NCBI GenBank assembly: GCA_002429485.1
Contig: DIZX01000015.1
Location: forward strand, 21,363-85,362
Reading direction: 5' to 3'
Source of the DNA: Patescibacteria group bacterium UBA6017
GTDB lineage: Bacteria > Patescibacteriota > Saccharimonadia > UBA4664
Length of the DNA: 64,000 bases
The notes under the pieces were generated by a model. It was given only the letters and a program-made list of their open reading frames with translations, was not told the origin of the DNA and ran no database searches. This document shows positions 8,814 through 18,021 of this stretch, in pieces. Position numbers and translations under genes: made by a program. How positions within the stretch are numbered: the first letter of the stretch is position 1; every line of letters starts with the position of its first letter.

Positions 8814-10094
8814 CTAGTCTTCCTTGTCTATAACCGCCCCAACCAACGCAGCCGGCTCCACCGGGGCACTTGCCGGCAGATCCTGGACCTTATCAAGTTT
8901 GCGCTCAATTGTCCTCGACTTGCTGGCTGCCGACTCGATCGTGTTACTCGCCTCTTGCAGCTTCTTGTGTGTCTTATCGAGCAAGTCGCCAAACTTACCA
9001 AACTCGTTCTTCACCGACCCCAGTATCTGCCACACCTCGCTCGAGCGCTTCTCGATCGCGAGCGTCCTAAAGCCCATCTGCAGGCTATTCAATAGTGCCG
9101 CCACCGTATTCGGGCCCGCCACCATCACGCGGTATTCGCGCTGCAACAACTCCTGCAACCCCGGCCGCTGCGTAATCTCGGCGTAAAGCCCTTCGGTCGG
9201 CAGATACAAAATCCCAAAATCCGTCGTCTCCGGCGGCGCAATGTATTTATCGCGAATATCTTTGGCCTCGCCCTTGATACGCATCACCAGATCTTTGCTA
9301 ACCGACTCGATCAAGGCCAAATCTCCCACCTCGCGCGCCGCCACCAGCCGCTGATAATCCTCCACCGGGAACTTAGCATCTATCGGCAGCCACAACGGCG
9401 TCTCTTCATCAGGACCATTCGGCAGCTTAATGGCAAACTCCACCCGCTCACCGCTGCGCTTCTTCACGGCTACGTTCTTCTCATACTGCGCCGGCGTCAT
9501 AATCTGATCCAGCAGACTCCCCAACTGCACCTCGCCCCAAGTCCCGCGCGTCTTCACGTTCGTCAGCACCTTTTTGAGATCACCCACGCCCGCCGCCAAC
9601 GTCTGCATCTCGCCCAGCCCCTTGTGGACCGACTCCAGCCGGTCACTCACCAGCTTAAATGATTCCCCCAGCCGCTTCTCGAGCGTGGCATGCAGCTTCT
9701 CGTCGACCGTAGCGCGCATCACTTCGAGCTTCTCATTGTTGTCCTTCTGCATCAGCTGCAGCCGGTTCTCAACCACCGCCCGCACCCGCTCCAGCTTCTC
9801 GTCATTGTTCTTCGACACCTGCTCCAGGCTCGAACGCTGCATATTGCCCAGTGCGTTCAAGCGCCGATCGAGCGAGTCCCCCACCGATTTCAACACGTCG
9901 GTCTGCTCGCGCCGGTTCATCCCCAAATCGTCCTTCAGCCGCTTCTCCACCCCGCCCAGCGCTTCACTAATATCTTTGCGCAATTGCGGATCGCCTCCCG
10001 AAGCACGCTTCACCGCCGCCAGCTGCATATATAACAGCAAAAACCCAACCGAAGTCACCGCCAACACCGCACAAAGTAGTAATAAAGTAATCAT
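8814..10094 (-). CDS. rmuC: DNA recombination protein RmuC
   Basis: N-terminal TM and coiled coil; KTRGTWGE, IDAKFP, PTEGLYAE. Confidence 0.93.
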   Translation of the reverse strand: MITLLLLCAVLAVTSVGFLLLYMQLAAVKRASGGDPQLRKDISEALGGVEKRLKDDLGMNRREQTDVLKSVGDSLDRRLNALGNMQRSSLEQVSKNNDEKLERVRAVVENRLQLMQKDNNEKLEVMRATVDEKLHATLEKRLGESFKLVSDRLESVHKGLGEMQTLAAGVGDLKKVLTNVKTRGTWGEVQLGSLLDQIMTPAQYEKNVAVKKRSGERVEFAIKLPNGPDEETPLWLPIDAKFPVEDYQRLVAAREVGDLALIESVSKDLVMRIKGEAKDIRDKYIAPPETTDFGILYLPTEGLYAEITQRPGLQELLQREYRVMVAGPNTVAALLNSLQMGFRTLAIEKRSSEVWQILGSVKNEFGKFGDLLDKTHKKLQEASNTIESAASKSRTIERKLDKVQDLPASAPVEPAALVGAVIDKED

Positions 10095-10157
10095 AACTTT
10101 AGTATATCAGCGATTCATATGCCGAACAAGACCCGAACGTCATACAAGCATTCGGGT

Positions 10158-10595
10158 CTAGTCCAGCTCCTTGCTCAAAACATCCACCGCCCGCTCAAAC
10201 GCTGTCTCGTCCTTCAAACTAAGGTTCGAGAACAGCTCTTTTTGCTTGTCGGCGATCAGTTTTGAGGCGTCAACCACCGCCTGCTCCCCTTTCGGGGTCA
10301 GGGCCAATACGTTCTCTCGTTTACTCCGTGGATTCGCCCTCTGAGCGACCAGCCCGCGCACGCCCAGCACCTCGGCTTGGCGCGTCACTACGGCCGGTGT
10401 TACTCCGAGACTGCTGGCCAGTTCGCGTTGGCTCGCCTCGCCCAGCGCCAACAGACCATTCAGTACCCGGAATTGAGAAAAGGTCAGTTTAAAACTGACC
10501 TTTAGCTCATTTTCCACCTCGCGCTCGAGCCCACTAATAACTCGAGCGACTTTGTTGAAGAGAGATTTCTCGAACTGAGAATTCCTTACCTGCAC
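10158..10595 (-). CDS. MarR-family transcriptional regulator
   Basis: LTFSQFRVL..SQRELA..LGVTPAVVTR..LTPKG winged helix. Confidence 0.9.
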   Translation of the reverse strand: MQVRNSQFEKSLFNKVARVISGLEREVENELKVSFKLTFSQFRVLNGLLALGEASQRELASSLGVTPAVVTRQAEVLGVRGLVAQRANPRSKRENVLALTPKGEQAVVDASKLIADKQKELFSNLSLKDETAFERAVDVLSKELD

Positions 10596-10613
10596 TTGTT
10601 GAACTCCATTAAC

Positions 10614-10642
10614 AATATACCCCTAAACAATTTAGGGGTCAA
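10614..10642 (-). promoter_or_regulatory. marR promoter (TTGACC-N17-TATATT) with palindromic operator ACCCCTAAA-N3-TTTAGGGGT in the spacer
   Basis: Perfect 9-bp inverted repeat at 10619-10639 spanning the -35/-10 spacer. Confidence 0.7.
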
Positions 10643-10880
10643 TAGTTTTTATGCTCCAATTAGGAGATTATGCCCAAAAATCCCCTTCTCTATCTGTTGG
10701 CACGCTCGAATATAATTCGAAATACATCGCAAAAACCATCGTTTCAGGCCCCGTAACTCCACCTACTGCGCCCAACCACACCAAACATCCGGAATGTTAT
10801 CCCCAACCTATCCACACCCCAACACCAAAAAACCGAACATAAGCATGTTCGGTCCGTTCGGTATCCGCCAATGATTTCGA

Positions 10881-10910
10881 TTGACAGTCACACTTTACTT
10901 TGATAAAGTG
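10881..10910 (+). promoter_or_regulatory. Promoter TTGACA-N17-TAAAGT with CACTTTA-N6-TAAAGTG operator (HisR/YerC-type)
   Basis: Palindrome at 10891-10910 overlaps the -10 of the TrpR-like gene. Confidence 0.75.
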
Positions 10911-10916
10911 CTAATC

Positions 10917-11246
10917 ATGTTAGATATTAAACCCGAAATCTGGAATACACCCGCCGCGCAACAGCTCACGCAATCTTTGACGTCGATCAACGATATCGAC
11001 AGCATGCAGCGCTTTCTGCGTGACGTGATGACTGAATCTGAAATTCTCGAAATCAGCTCACGGCTCGAAGCTGCGCGCCTGCTCGCAACCGGCGCCAAAT
11101 ATGCCCAAATCATTGAAGCCACCCGACTCTCCAGCCGCACCATCGCTCGCATCAGTGATTGGATGAAAAACGGCACCGGCGGATACGCTTCGGCCCTTAC
11201 AGTCATCAACCATCATGCCTCATCTACCCGATTGGAAGAGGCCTGA
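10917..11246 (+). CDS. TrpR-like repressor (YerC/YecD family)
   Basis: FLRDVMTESEI..ISSRLEAARLL..G..Y..I...T.LSSRTIARIS..MKNGTGGY. Confidence 0.88.
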   Translation: MLDIKPEIWNTPAAQQLTQSLTSINDIDSMQRFLRDVMTESEILEISSRLEAARLLATGAKYAQIIEATRLSSRTIARISDWMKNGTGGYASALTVINHHASSTRLEEA

Positions 11247-11272
11247 GGTTATCGTTACATCCGCATAACACC

Positions 11273-11308
11273 AGACCCCTCCCAATTTCGGGAGGGGTCT
11301 TAGCTTTT
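11273..11308 (+). terminator. Intrinsic terminator/attenuator hairpin
   Basis: agacccctccc-aatttc-gggaggggtct followed by tagctttt. Confidence 0.65.
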
Positions 11309-11344
11309 AGCCTAAGACCGGCTACTACCAAGGAGTTGGTAAAA

Positions 11345-12229
11345 ATGCGTTCCAACGCACTACTGGAGTACTTCGACAACCCGGATACCCGACGCACCGT
11401 CACCGGAGCCACCTGGGGAGCCGAGATAGAAACCCATTTCGTCGACAGCGTTGGGCGTCCAATCTCAATATCCACCACGCGCCGACTGCTTGCCACCACG
11501 CCACCGGGGCCATGGCGCACCACCATCGACCTCGGCAACCAACTCATAGAGTTCGTGGTCGGCCCGCAATCCTCGCCGGCGGCGCTACTAAGCTCAACCC
11601 ACGACGGCCTAAGGTGGCTCTACCGCCAGGCAGCCCGCCTCGGGGCCTCCCCGGTCTTTGCGCCAACCCTGCCACGGACCCACGCCCAGAACCTACTCTG
11701 GATCCAAGATGATCGCGACCAGGTTTGGTGCAAGCTGGATGGCCAAGCCGCTCTAGAGCACCTCTGCCGCGTAGCATCCGTGCAGATAACAATGAGCGTA
11801 CACCCATCCGAGCTGGTGCAGACCATCAACGCCCTGTGGCGAGGCAAGCTACACGCCCACGATTACGCCAAAAATGACGCCTCCTGGCGCCGTTACATTA
11901 GCGAATCTACAGCCGGCTACAGATCAGATCGCTACGCCGGACCAAGCCGCTTCGAAGACCTCAGTGACTACACTAGGTACCTCGAACTACAAATGGTTGT
12001 GATGCTACGATCGCAACCCTGCGCTCTGGACATTCGCGGCATCACCGACCTCAATTGCAGCGATCTTGATCTGTTTGTTCGCTCCATCTGGCCCCACTAC
12101 CGGGCCCGTGTGTTCGACGGGCCAGGAGGCACCCGAGTATCTGCTGTCGAGATGCGTCCATTCGCACGGCGGGACGACTCGAGCATCACCACTATGCTTG
12201 GCCTCATCGTGAAAGCCCTAGCCGTATAA
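11345..12229 (+). CDS. Glutamate--cysteine ligase-like (GCS2/carboxylate-amine ligase) protein
   Basis: GAEIETHFVD, QLIEF, ASVQI, IWPHYRAR, VEMRPF motifs; SD aaggag. Confidence 0.6.
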   Translation: MRSNALLEYFDNPDTRRTVTGATWGAEIETHFVDSVGRPISISTTRRLLATTPPGPWRTTIDLGNQLIEFVVGPQSSPAALLSSTHDGLRWLYRQAARLGASPVFAPTLPRTHAQNLLWIQDDRDQVWCKLDGQAALEHLCRVASVQITMSVHPSELVQTINALWRGKLHAHDYAKNDASWRRYISESTAGYRSDRYAGPSRFEDLSDYTRYLELQMVVMLRSQPCALDIRGITDLNCSDLDLFVRSIWPHYRARVFDGPGGTRVSAVEMRPFARRDDSSITTMLGLIVKALAV

Positions 12230-12316
12230 ATACCAACTCCGCCCAGCAAGCTGTCGGGGTCACGCCCACCCGTGATCCCGACAGCCAAAACTTCATCGCT
12301 AAATAAAGGAATCAAT

Positions 12317-12745
12317 ATGAACATCGTTGCCTATGGCTCACTTATGAACCAAGCCAGCCTCAACACCACGCTGCAGCGGCCGACCCTGCTCACCAAGTTG
12401 GTTGTTCCGGGTGTCGCGCGAATATTCAACGCTCCGTTTGGTGAGTTCAATTACCTCAACCTTGAGACCGATGTCGCTTCATCCATTGAAGCCGCCTACT
12501 TCACCATCACTCAATCGGAGCTGACCAAATTTGCCGAACGCGAATCCGGCTCCATTGTCATCGAAATCATGTCAGGATATTTCGTCTTCATCTGGCCGTC
12601 AAAGAGTCCGCGGACTTTGCCCGTGCCGCGCAGCTACATTGATCTTTGCCGGTCCGGAGCAAAAGACCTCAATATTAATTTTGATCGCGGCCTAATCATT
12701 CCACGCAACATTTTTGATGATCAACTCGAGCCCGTGTATACCTAA
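12317..12745 (+). CDS. Gamma-glutamylcyclotransferase-like protein
   Basis: N-terminal IVAYGSLMN motif, ERE motif; SD aagga. Confidence 0.65.
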   Translation: MNIVAYGSLMNQASLNTTLQRPTLLTKLVVPGVARIFNAPFGEFNYLNLETDVASSIEAAYFTITQSELTKFAERESGSIVIEIMSGYFVFIWPSKSPRTLPVPRSYIDLCRSGAKDLNINFDRGLIIPRNIFDDQLEPVYT

Positions 12746-12749
12746 GCGG

Positions 12750-13106
12750 TTATTTAACAAACAACAACTTGATCCCCACGCCAATCATAAATACTGCAAA
12801 CACCTTCTGAATCATTTCATTGGGTAACCGGTTGGCCATGAACGCGCCCACGAATCCGCCTATCAATATTCCGACCGCCAATATCGCCGCAGCCTTGATA
12901 TTGATGTTGCCGCTACGGTAATAAAAATATGCCGCGCCGATACCAATCGGCGGGAGCAACACCGCAATAGTCGTACCTTGGGCCATCTTCTGAGAGAAGC
13001 CAAAAATAATTACCAGGGCGGGAATCAAAAATACGCCGCCGGCAATCCCAAGGATTCCCGCCAGCACGCCCGTGATTAAACCGAGTATTGCCAAGCCCAC
13101 TATCAT
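12750..13106 (-). CDS. TauE/SafE (TSUP) family small transporter
   Basis: G.LAG.LGIAGG.FLIPAL...QK.AQGT. Confidence 0.85.
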   Translation of the reverse strand: MIVGLAILGLITGVLAGILGIAGGVFLIPALVIIFGFSQKMAQGTTIAVLLPPIGIGAAYFYYRSGNINIKAAAILAVGILIGGFVGAFMANRLPNEMIQKVFAVFMIGVGIKLLFVK

Positions 13107-13515
13107 GCTACTTATGGTACCAGAGCGAATAGATTCGGTCGATGTTGTAATCGATGTATAGTACTGCTAATTTCGACAATCAAAGCCCACACAAGCAGAC
13201 ACAAAACGCTATAAGTAACTGCAATGTTTCTCATAATCTATAATTTGAACAGTGTTGAAAATATTTTCGAAATGGATAGGCTTTAGGCCTAATAAAAGGA
13301 AAATAAATATATTGCTCATGTTTTGGTTTTTGCGATTTTTCCGAATTATCCTGCATTAAGTACTAGTGTTGTACGAGCACGGGAAAAACCAATATATTCG
13401 AGGTCATTAGCGCAGGAAGCACACCAATACTTGCGCGCGCAATCATTATTATCCCACTACATATAAATGAAAAAGGGCCCATCAAAGGGCTCTTCACATC
13501 AATCGATTTCAATCA

Positions 13516-13591
13516 TGGTCGGGGTGAGAGGACTCGAACCTCCGGCCTCAGCGTCCCGAACGCTGCGCGCTACCAACTGCGCCACACCCCG
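13516..13591 (-). tRNA. tRNA-Pro(CGG)
   Basis: cggggtg acceptor stem, anticodon arm cagcg-tt-cgg-ga-cgctg, GGTTCGAGTCC T-arm, encoded CCA. Confidence 0.97.
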
Positions 13592-13652
13592 ATGTATTCA
13601 CCTGTATTTGAACCTGGCTATCTTAGCTTATAACGGGTCGTTTTGCCAATGC

Positions 13653-14552
13653 TCACTCCGCCGCCTCGAGCTCAGCAGCCTCCAGCTCCATGTGCATCAG
13701 CTCCAACTGCATTGCGCCATACGCCTTGAGCCATGCCAACTCACCGTCGAATAGCTTCGAACTTGCCAGTAGCCGACCATACTCGTCGATCCGCTGCTTA
13801 TGCCCGGCCATATCTGTTGAAGCGGCAATTGTGACTTCTGCGGCATCCTCCACAAACTTATATCCCAGCAAACGCAAACCCTCCCACCGCATCATCCGAA
13901 ACCGCGACATGATCACCGACTCAATCGTACCCACAATCATATCCCTGACCAGCGTTGGCACGAGCACGGCCTGCGCCGGTTCCCTCACCGTAAACAGCCC
14001 CTGCAGCGATCGCTCCAATTTCGGGAAGTCTACCGGCTCAAACGACTTTGCGCTCACCTCCAGGTACGTCAGCAATCTCCCCAACCCAATTCCAGAATTG
14101 AAGCCCCCCACCACAAACCGCGAATCAACCTCAAAGCTAGGATGATCCGCCAGCGCAAATCCACCCGCCACCTCTTCCTCCACCACCGTGCGCGCGGCCT
14201 CGGTGTCAGTCGCCCGGTATAGGGCTAATTGCTTGCGCGCTGCGGCGTACCGCATCGGTGCACCGGTCACCAACTTGACCGACCGATCGATGTACGCCGT
14301 CGTCGACGCGGCATACCCCAAATGAAAGGTCGACGGGATAGCAATGATTGAGATCACCTGGGGGTCTTCAGGGGTATAGGCCATTGACTGCAACAGGCTG
14401 GTGGCCACGGTTGCACGTGCCTCAATAAAGCTCAGGCCGTGACGCTGAATTTCAATCCCGTCAGCTAGGCTTGAATTGTGCGCTGCAAAGCGCACTTGCG
14501 ACAGGGTTTGATCACCATGGGACGATAATAGTTCTAATCTCGATCGGGTCAT
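13653..14552 (-). CDS. Hypothetical protein
   Basis: 299-aa ORF 1 nt downstream of the SprT-like gene; no motif recognised. Confidence 0.6.
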   Translation of the reverse strand: MTRSRLELLSSHGDQTLSQVRFAAHNSSLADGIEIQRHGLSFIEARATVATSLLQSMAYTPEDPQVISIIAIPSTFHLGYAASTTAYIDRSVKLVTGAPMRYAAARKQLALYRATDTEAARTVVEEEVAGGFALADHPSFEVDSRFVVGGFNSGIGLGRLLTYLEVSAKSFEPVDFPKLERSLQGLFTVREPAQAVLVPTLVRDMIVGTIESVIMSRFRMMRWEGLRLLGYKFVEDAAEVTIAASTDMAGHKQRIDEYGRLLASSKLFDGELAWLKAYGAMQLELMHMELEAAELEAAE

Positions 14553-14553
14553 C

Positions 14554-15042
14554 TCAGTCTCCTATAAACCAAAACGGTTTTATTGCTATCGTGCGAGCAG
14601 TCTTGCGCACACCGGCGCGAGGTTTGGCCGGGAATTCCTGCGTGAGGACATCCAGCCAGTTGGCCTTTAACCATCGCTTCTGTTGTAAATATAACTCCAA
14701 TAACCCTCGCTCAGCGAACTCGCGCCGCATCACCCCGCCGGCGTGCGGATGCGCCTGAGCCTGTTCCAGCGGCGAATTAAAACCGTGCGCGTAATGCGTT
14801 AGCTCATGAAAAATCGTCGCCTCCACCACAAATTCCGGGACATCCTCCCGCCGAAACAACCCGTTCATAGTGATGACACTCGTTTTGCAATCGCTAGGGT
14901 GCAACGAGATCGACCCCAACCGCCGCTTCGTGCGCCGCCCGAAGACTATACGTACGTCGTTCACCTGCTGAACTTCAGGAAAATAGTTGTCCCAGATCTT
15001 ATCCAGAATCCCCTGCAGCCATGCCTCGTCGCGCTTACTCAT
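14554..15042 (-). CDS. SprT-like/M48-type zinc metalloprotease
   Basis: RRLGSI, HELTH (HExxH), HPHAGG; ATG overlaps the helicase 3' end. Confidence 0.8.
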   Translation of the reverse strand: MSKRDEAWLQGILDKIWDNYFPEVQQVNDVRIVFGRRTKRRLGSISLHPSDCKTSVITMNGLFRREDVPEFVVEATIFHELTHYAHGFNSPLEQAQAHPHAGGVMRREFAERGLLELYLQQKRWLKANWLDVLTQEFPAKPRAGVRKTARTIAIKPFWFIGD

Positions 15043-17944
15043 CCCCCGACTCCCGCGAGGCCAGCAACGCCAGATCCACCTGCTCGTCGCGTTCACCCGT
15101 ACCAAAGTAGCGAATGGCCGCACACTCGTGCATTGCCGACGCGTTCGGCGCAAAGTCTCGCTGTCTGATTCGCTCTGCCATATCAATCAGCTTACCACGA
15201 TGATTGCGCAGAATCGTCGTCGAGAGCGCCGCCTCGCCCTCCACCATCGTCACTACATAATCCAGCACCACCGCGCTCGGCGCGGCACCGCGCAGCTCCT
15301 CGCACGCCAGAGCGTAAGATCGCAGCTGGAAGTTATCTTTGGCTGCCTTAGCCAGCTTTTCGGAATCAGTCTTGCCCCGGCCGGTCTTAAAGTCGCGAAT
15401 CTCAAACCCATCCTCACGAGCAAACAGGGCGTCAATCTTCCCCCGCAGACGCAGCTTAGCTTCCGGGATTTCGAACCGCACCGGCACCTCGCTCCCGATA
15501 ATCACCCGGTTCGCGCCCGTCTCCCGCTCGTAGAACCGCGCCAATGTGACTTGGGCCAACTTCAGATCTGCGTCAGCTTCAGCGGCCGAGTTATACCCGC
15601 GGCTGTTCCAGGCCTCATTCAGGGCCACGTTCAATTCTTCCAGCGACGGCGCGTCCTCCGCCATCTTTGTCTTGTAGTAAATCTCGAACATCCGGTGCAG
15701 CACACTTCCAAAGCCAAGCTGCGGTCCCATCGGCTGAGAAATTTTTAACGCATGTTGAATATAAAACTCATACGGACAAAAATCATAGCCGCCCAAAGCC
15801 GTCACACTCAAATCCAGCCACCCGTCAGAGGTCTCAAAGGGCAATAAATTCGATCCCAATTGAGCACTCATAGGATAAAATCGTTGTAATTTACTCATCA
15901 CATCTTGCTTCTTACCGTCCGCAGCAACGACAGCGGTCGCACTCGTAGTCAGCGCGGCGGGCTCAAACATCTCCCCGATAAAGGGACTCAGCAATTGCTT
16001 GGATCCGCCGGCCGTAGCCAGCGCTGCGCTCACGATCAACTCCCGTTTGGCCCTGGTAACAGCCACGTACATTAGCCGGCGGAATTCATGATCCGGCGGC
16101 AAATCCGTGGCCGCACTGAGTTCTGACGGTACCACACGTCCCATGCCCCGGCCCGCCGACCAGCTGCGCTGGGTGCACCCCATCAAGTACACCGTATCAA
16201 ACTCCAACCCCTTGGCCGCATGCACCGTGAGCAGCTGCACCCCTTCCATGTCGCCCAACGGCTCCGACACCTCAAGCCCAGGCGGTTTCGGAAACGCCGC
16301 CATATAAGCCGCCAAGCTAGGCGCCACCGCCACGGCTTCAAAATCCTGCATCTGCTCGAGCAAACGGTGCAGATCCTCGAAGACCCTGATCATCCGCGGA
16401 CTCTCATCGGCCTGCTGCTGCCACTTCTCGGCCAAACCCGTCTCAAACACCAACTTGAAGGCCAGCTGACTCACCGTGAGCTCCTTCGCCCAGCCGCGCC
16501 ACAGGTCCAGCCGTGCCCCCAGCCCCTCGGTACGCTCGAGTCCGGCCCGCCGCACCGCCTCTTCCACCGTAATGAGCTCCGTTCGGCTCAGTTCCAGAAT
16601 CTCCCGGTACTCTTCGGCCGTCCAGCCCACAAACGGCCCCATGATCACGTGCCCCACCGCCTCCTCGCCCACTTCCCACAGCAGCCACTTCAATAGGTAC
16701 CACAGCGCCAGCAGCTCCGGCTGATCAAATATACTCACCGAAGTCGAAATCGCATATGACACTCCTCGGCGTGCCATCGCTTTGGCCATCGCTTTTAGCG
16801 GTGCGTGCGTGGCGGCCAGCACGGCCATAGATCCTGCTGCCTCACCCGCCGCCACGCGTCGCTCAATATCCGCCAAAATCCCTGCCTGCTCGTCGGCACC
16901 CGACCCATAGCCCACAAACGACACCCGGCTGTCATCGTGCAGCGCCAACAACCGTTTATTAATGCCAAGGTTCTCCTCCAACCTATGCGGATTGTTGTGC
17001 TGAATGAGACGATATGCCGCGTCGAGCACCGCCTGGCCCGACCGATAGTTCCTCACCAGCACTGCCGGATCTGTCACCGCGTAATGTTTAGCGAAATCCA
17101 AAATATTATTAATCTCCGCGCCCCGAAACCCATAAATTGCCTGATCGTCATCACCAACCGCAAAGATATTTCCCTCACGCCCCACGAATGTTCTAAGCAG
17201 TGCATCCTGGACCGTATTGGTATCCTGATATTCATCCACCAGCACGTACCGATACTCATTCTGGAGCCGCTGAGCCACATTTGGCCGGGTGCGCAATATT
17301 TCCAGTGGCAGCGCCAGCTGGTCGTTGTAATCGTACGCTCCCGTCTCTACCTTGAGCTCTTCATATAATGTATACAGCCGCGCCAAATCCTCCTGCTCGA
17401 GGATATCGCTCGGGTGATTACTGCCCGGATTGAGGCGAAGATCGGCCACAAAACTGTTGTAGGCAACCGCACTCACGCCCGCATTCTGCAGCTGCCCGAT
17501 GTACGCCACGACGCCCGACATAAACTCGTAAGAATCGTCCTGAGGCCCATAATATTGGAACGAAATTCGTTCAATATGTTGCTGCAAAAGCAACGTTTTC
17601 TGGGTATCGTTAAGCAAACCGCCGCGCACCGAACGCCCGATATGGCTTGCGAACCGCCCCAGCAGTTCAGCTCCGAAGGCGTTGAAGGTCAACACGGGTA
17701 CTTGGAACGATTCCCACCCGATCAACTCGTACAATCGCTCCTGCATCTCGCGCGCGGCTTTCTCGGTGAAGGTCAGTGCCAAAATCTGGTTCGGCTTGGC
17801 CTTCCCTCCGGCAATGAGGTGCGCAATCCGCCGAGTAATAACCTGCGTCTTACCCGTACCCGCCCCGGCAATTACCAGTTGCGGGCCCGTATCGTGCTGC
17901 ACCGCGGCCAATTGCTCAGGATTTAGTCCGTCCAAAATACTCAT
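15035..17944 (-). CDS. UvrD/PcrA-family helicase with C-terminal PD-(D/E)xK nuclease (AdnAB/AddA-like)
   Basis: AGAGTGKT, VDEYQD, GDDDQAIY, NYRS, TVHAAKGLEF, YVAVTRA; GKID...DFKTG...QL.SY. Confidence 0.92.
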   Translation of the reverse strand: MSILDGLNPEQLAAVQHDTGPQLVIAGAGTGKTQVITRRIAHLIAGGKAKPNQILALTFTEKAAREMQERLYELIGWESFQVPVLTFNAFGAELLGRFASHIGRSVRGGLLNDTQKTLLLQQHIERISFQYYGPQDDSYEFMSGVVAYIGQLQNAGVSAVAYNSFVADLRLNPGSNHPSDILEQEDLARLYTLYEELKVETGAYDYNDQLALPLEILRTRPNVAQRLQNEYRYVLVDEYQDTNTVQDALLRTFVGREGNIFAVGDDDQAIYGFRGAEINNILDFAKHYAVTDPAVLVRNYRSGQAVLDAAYRLIQHNNPHRLEENLGINKRLLALHDDSRVSFVGYGSGADEQAGILADIERRVAAGEAAGSMAVLAATHAPLKAMAKAMARRGVSYAISTSVSIFDQPELLALWYLLKWLLWEVGEEAVGHVIMGPFVGWTAEEYREILELSRTELITVEEAVRRAGLERTEGLGARLDLWRGWAKELTVSQLAFKLVFETGLAEKWQQQADESPRMIRVFEDLHRLLEQMQDFEAVAVAPSLAAYMAAFPKPPGLEVSEPLGDMEGVQLLTVHAAKGLEFDTVYLMGCTQRSWSAGRGMGRVVPSELSAATDLPPDHEFRRLMYVAVTRAKRELIVSAALATAGGSKQLLSPFIGEMFEPAALTTSATAVVAADGKKQDVMSKLQRFYPMSAQLGSNLLPFETSDGWLDLSVTALGGYDFCPYEFYIQHALKISQPMGPQLGFGSVLHRMFEIYYKTKMAEDAPSLEELNVALNEAWNSRGYNSAAEADADLKLAQVTLARFYERETGANRVIIGSEVPVRFEIPEAKLRLRGKIDALFAREDGFEIRDFKTGRGKTDSEKLAKAAKDNFQLRSYALACEELRGAAPSAVVLDYVVTMVEGEAALSTTILRNHRGKLIDMAERIRQRDFAPNASAMHECAAIRYFGTGERDEQVDLALLASRESGDE

Positions 17945-18021
17945 ATCATGATTCTAACAGTTTGATTCTTTACTTGTATGCAGCCCGCAATGATATAATA
18001 AACATAAGAGGTGAATAAAGA

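Noticed and set aside
10797-10816. Replication origin
   Set aside because: Only two imperfect DnaA boxes and no dnaA/dnaN context
12250-13515. Island integrated at tRNA-Pro
   Set aside because: Only an 8-nt match (gtcggggt) to the tRNA 3' end, inside a hairpin; the AT-rich gap at 13110-13515 has no clear ORF or repeat
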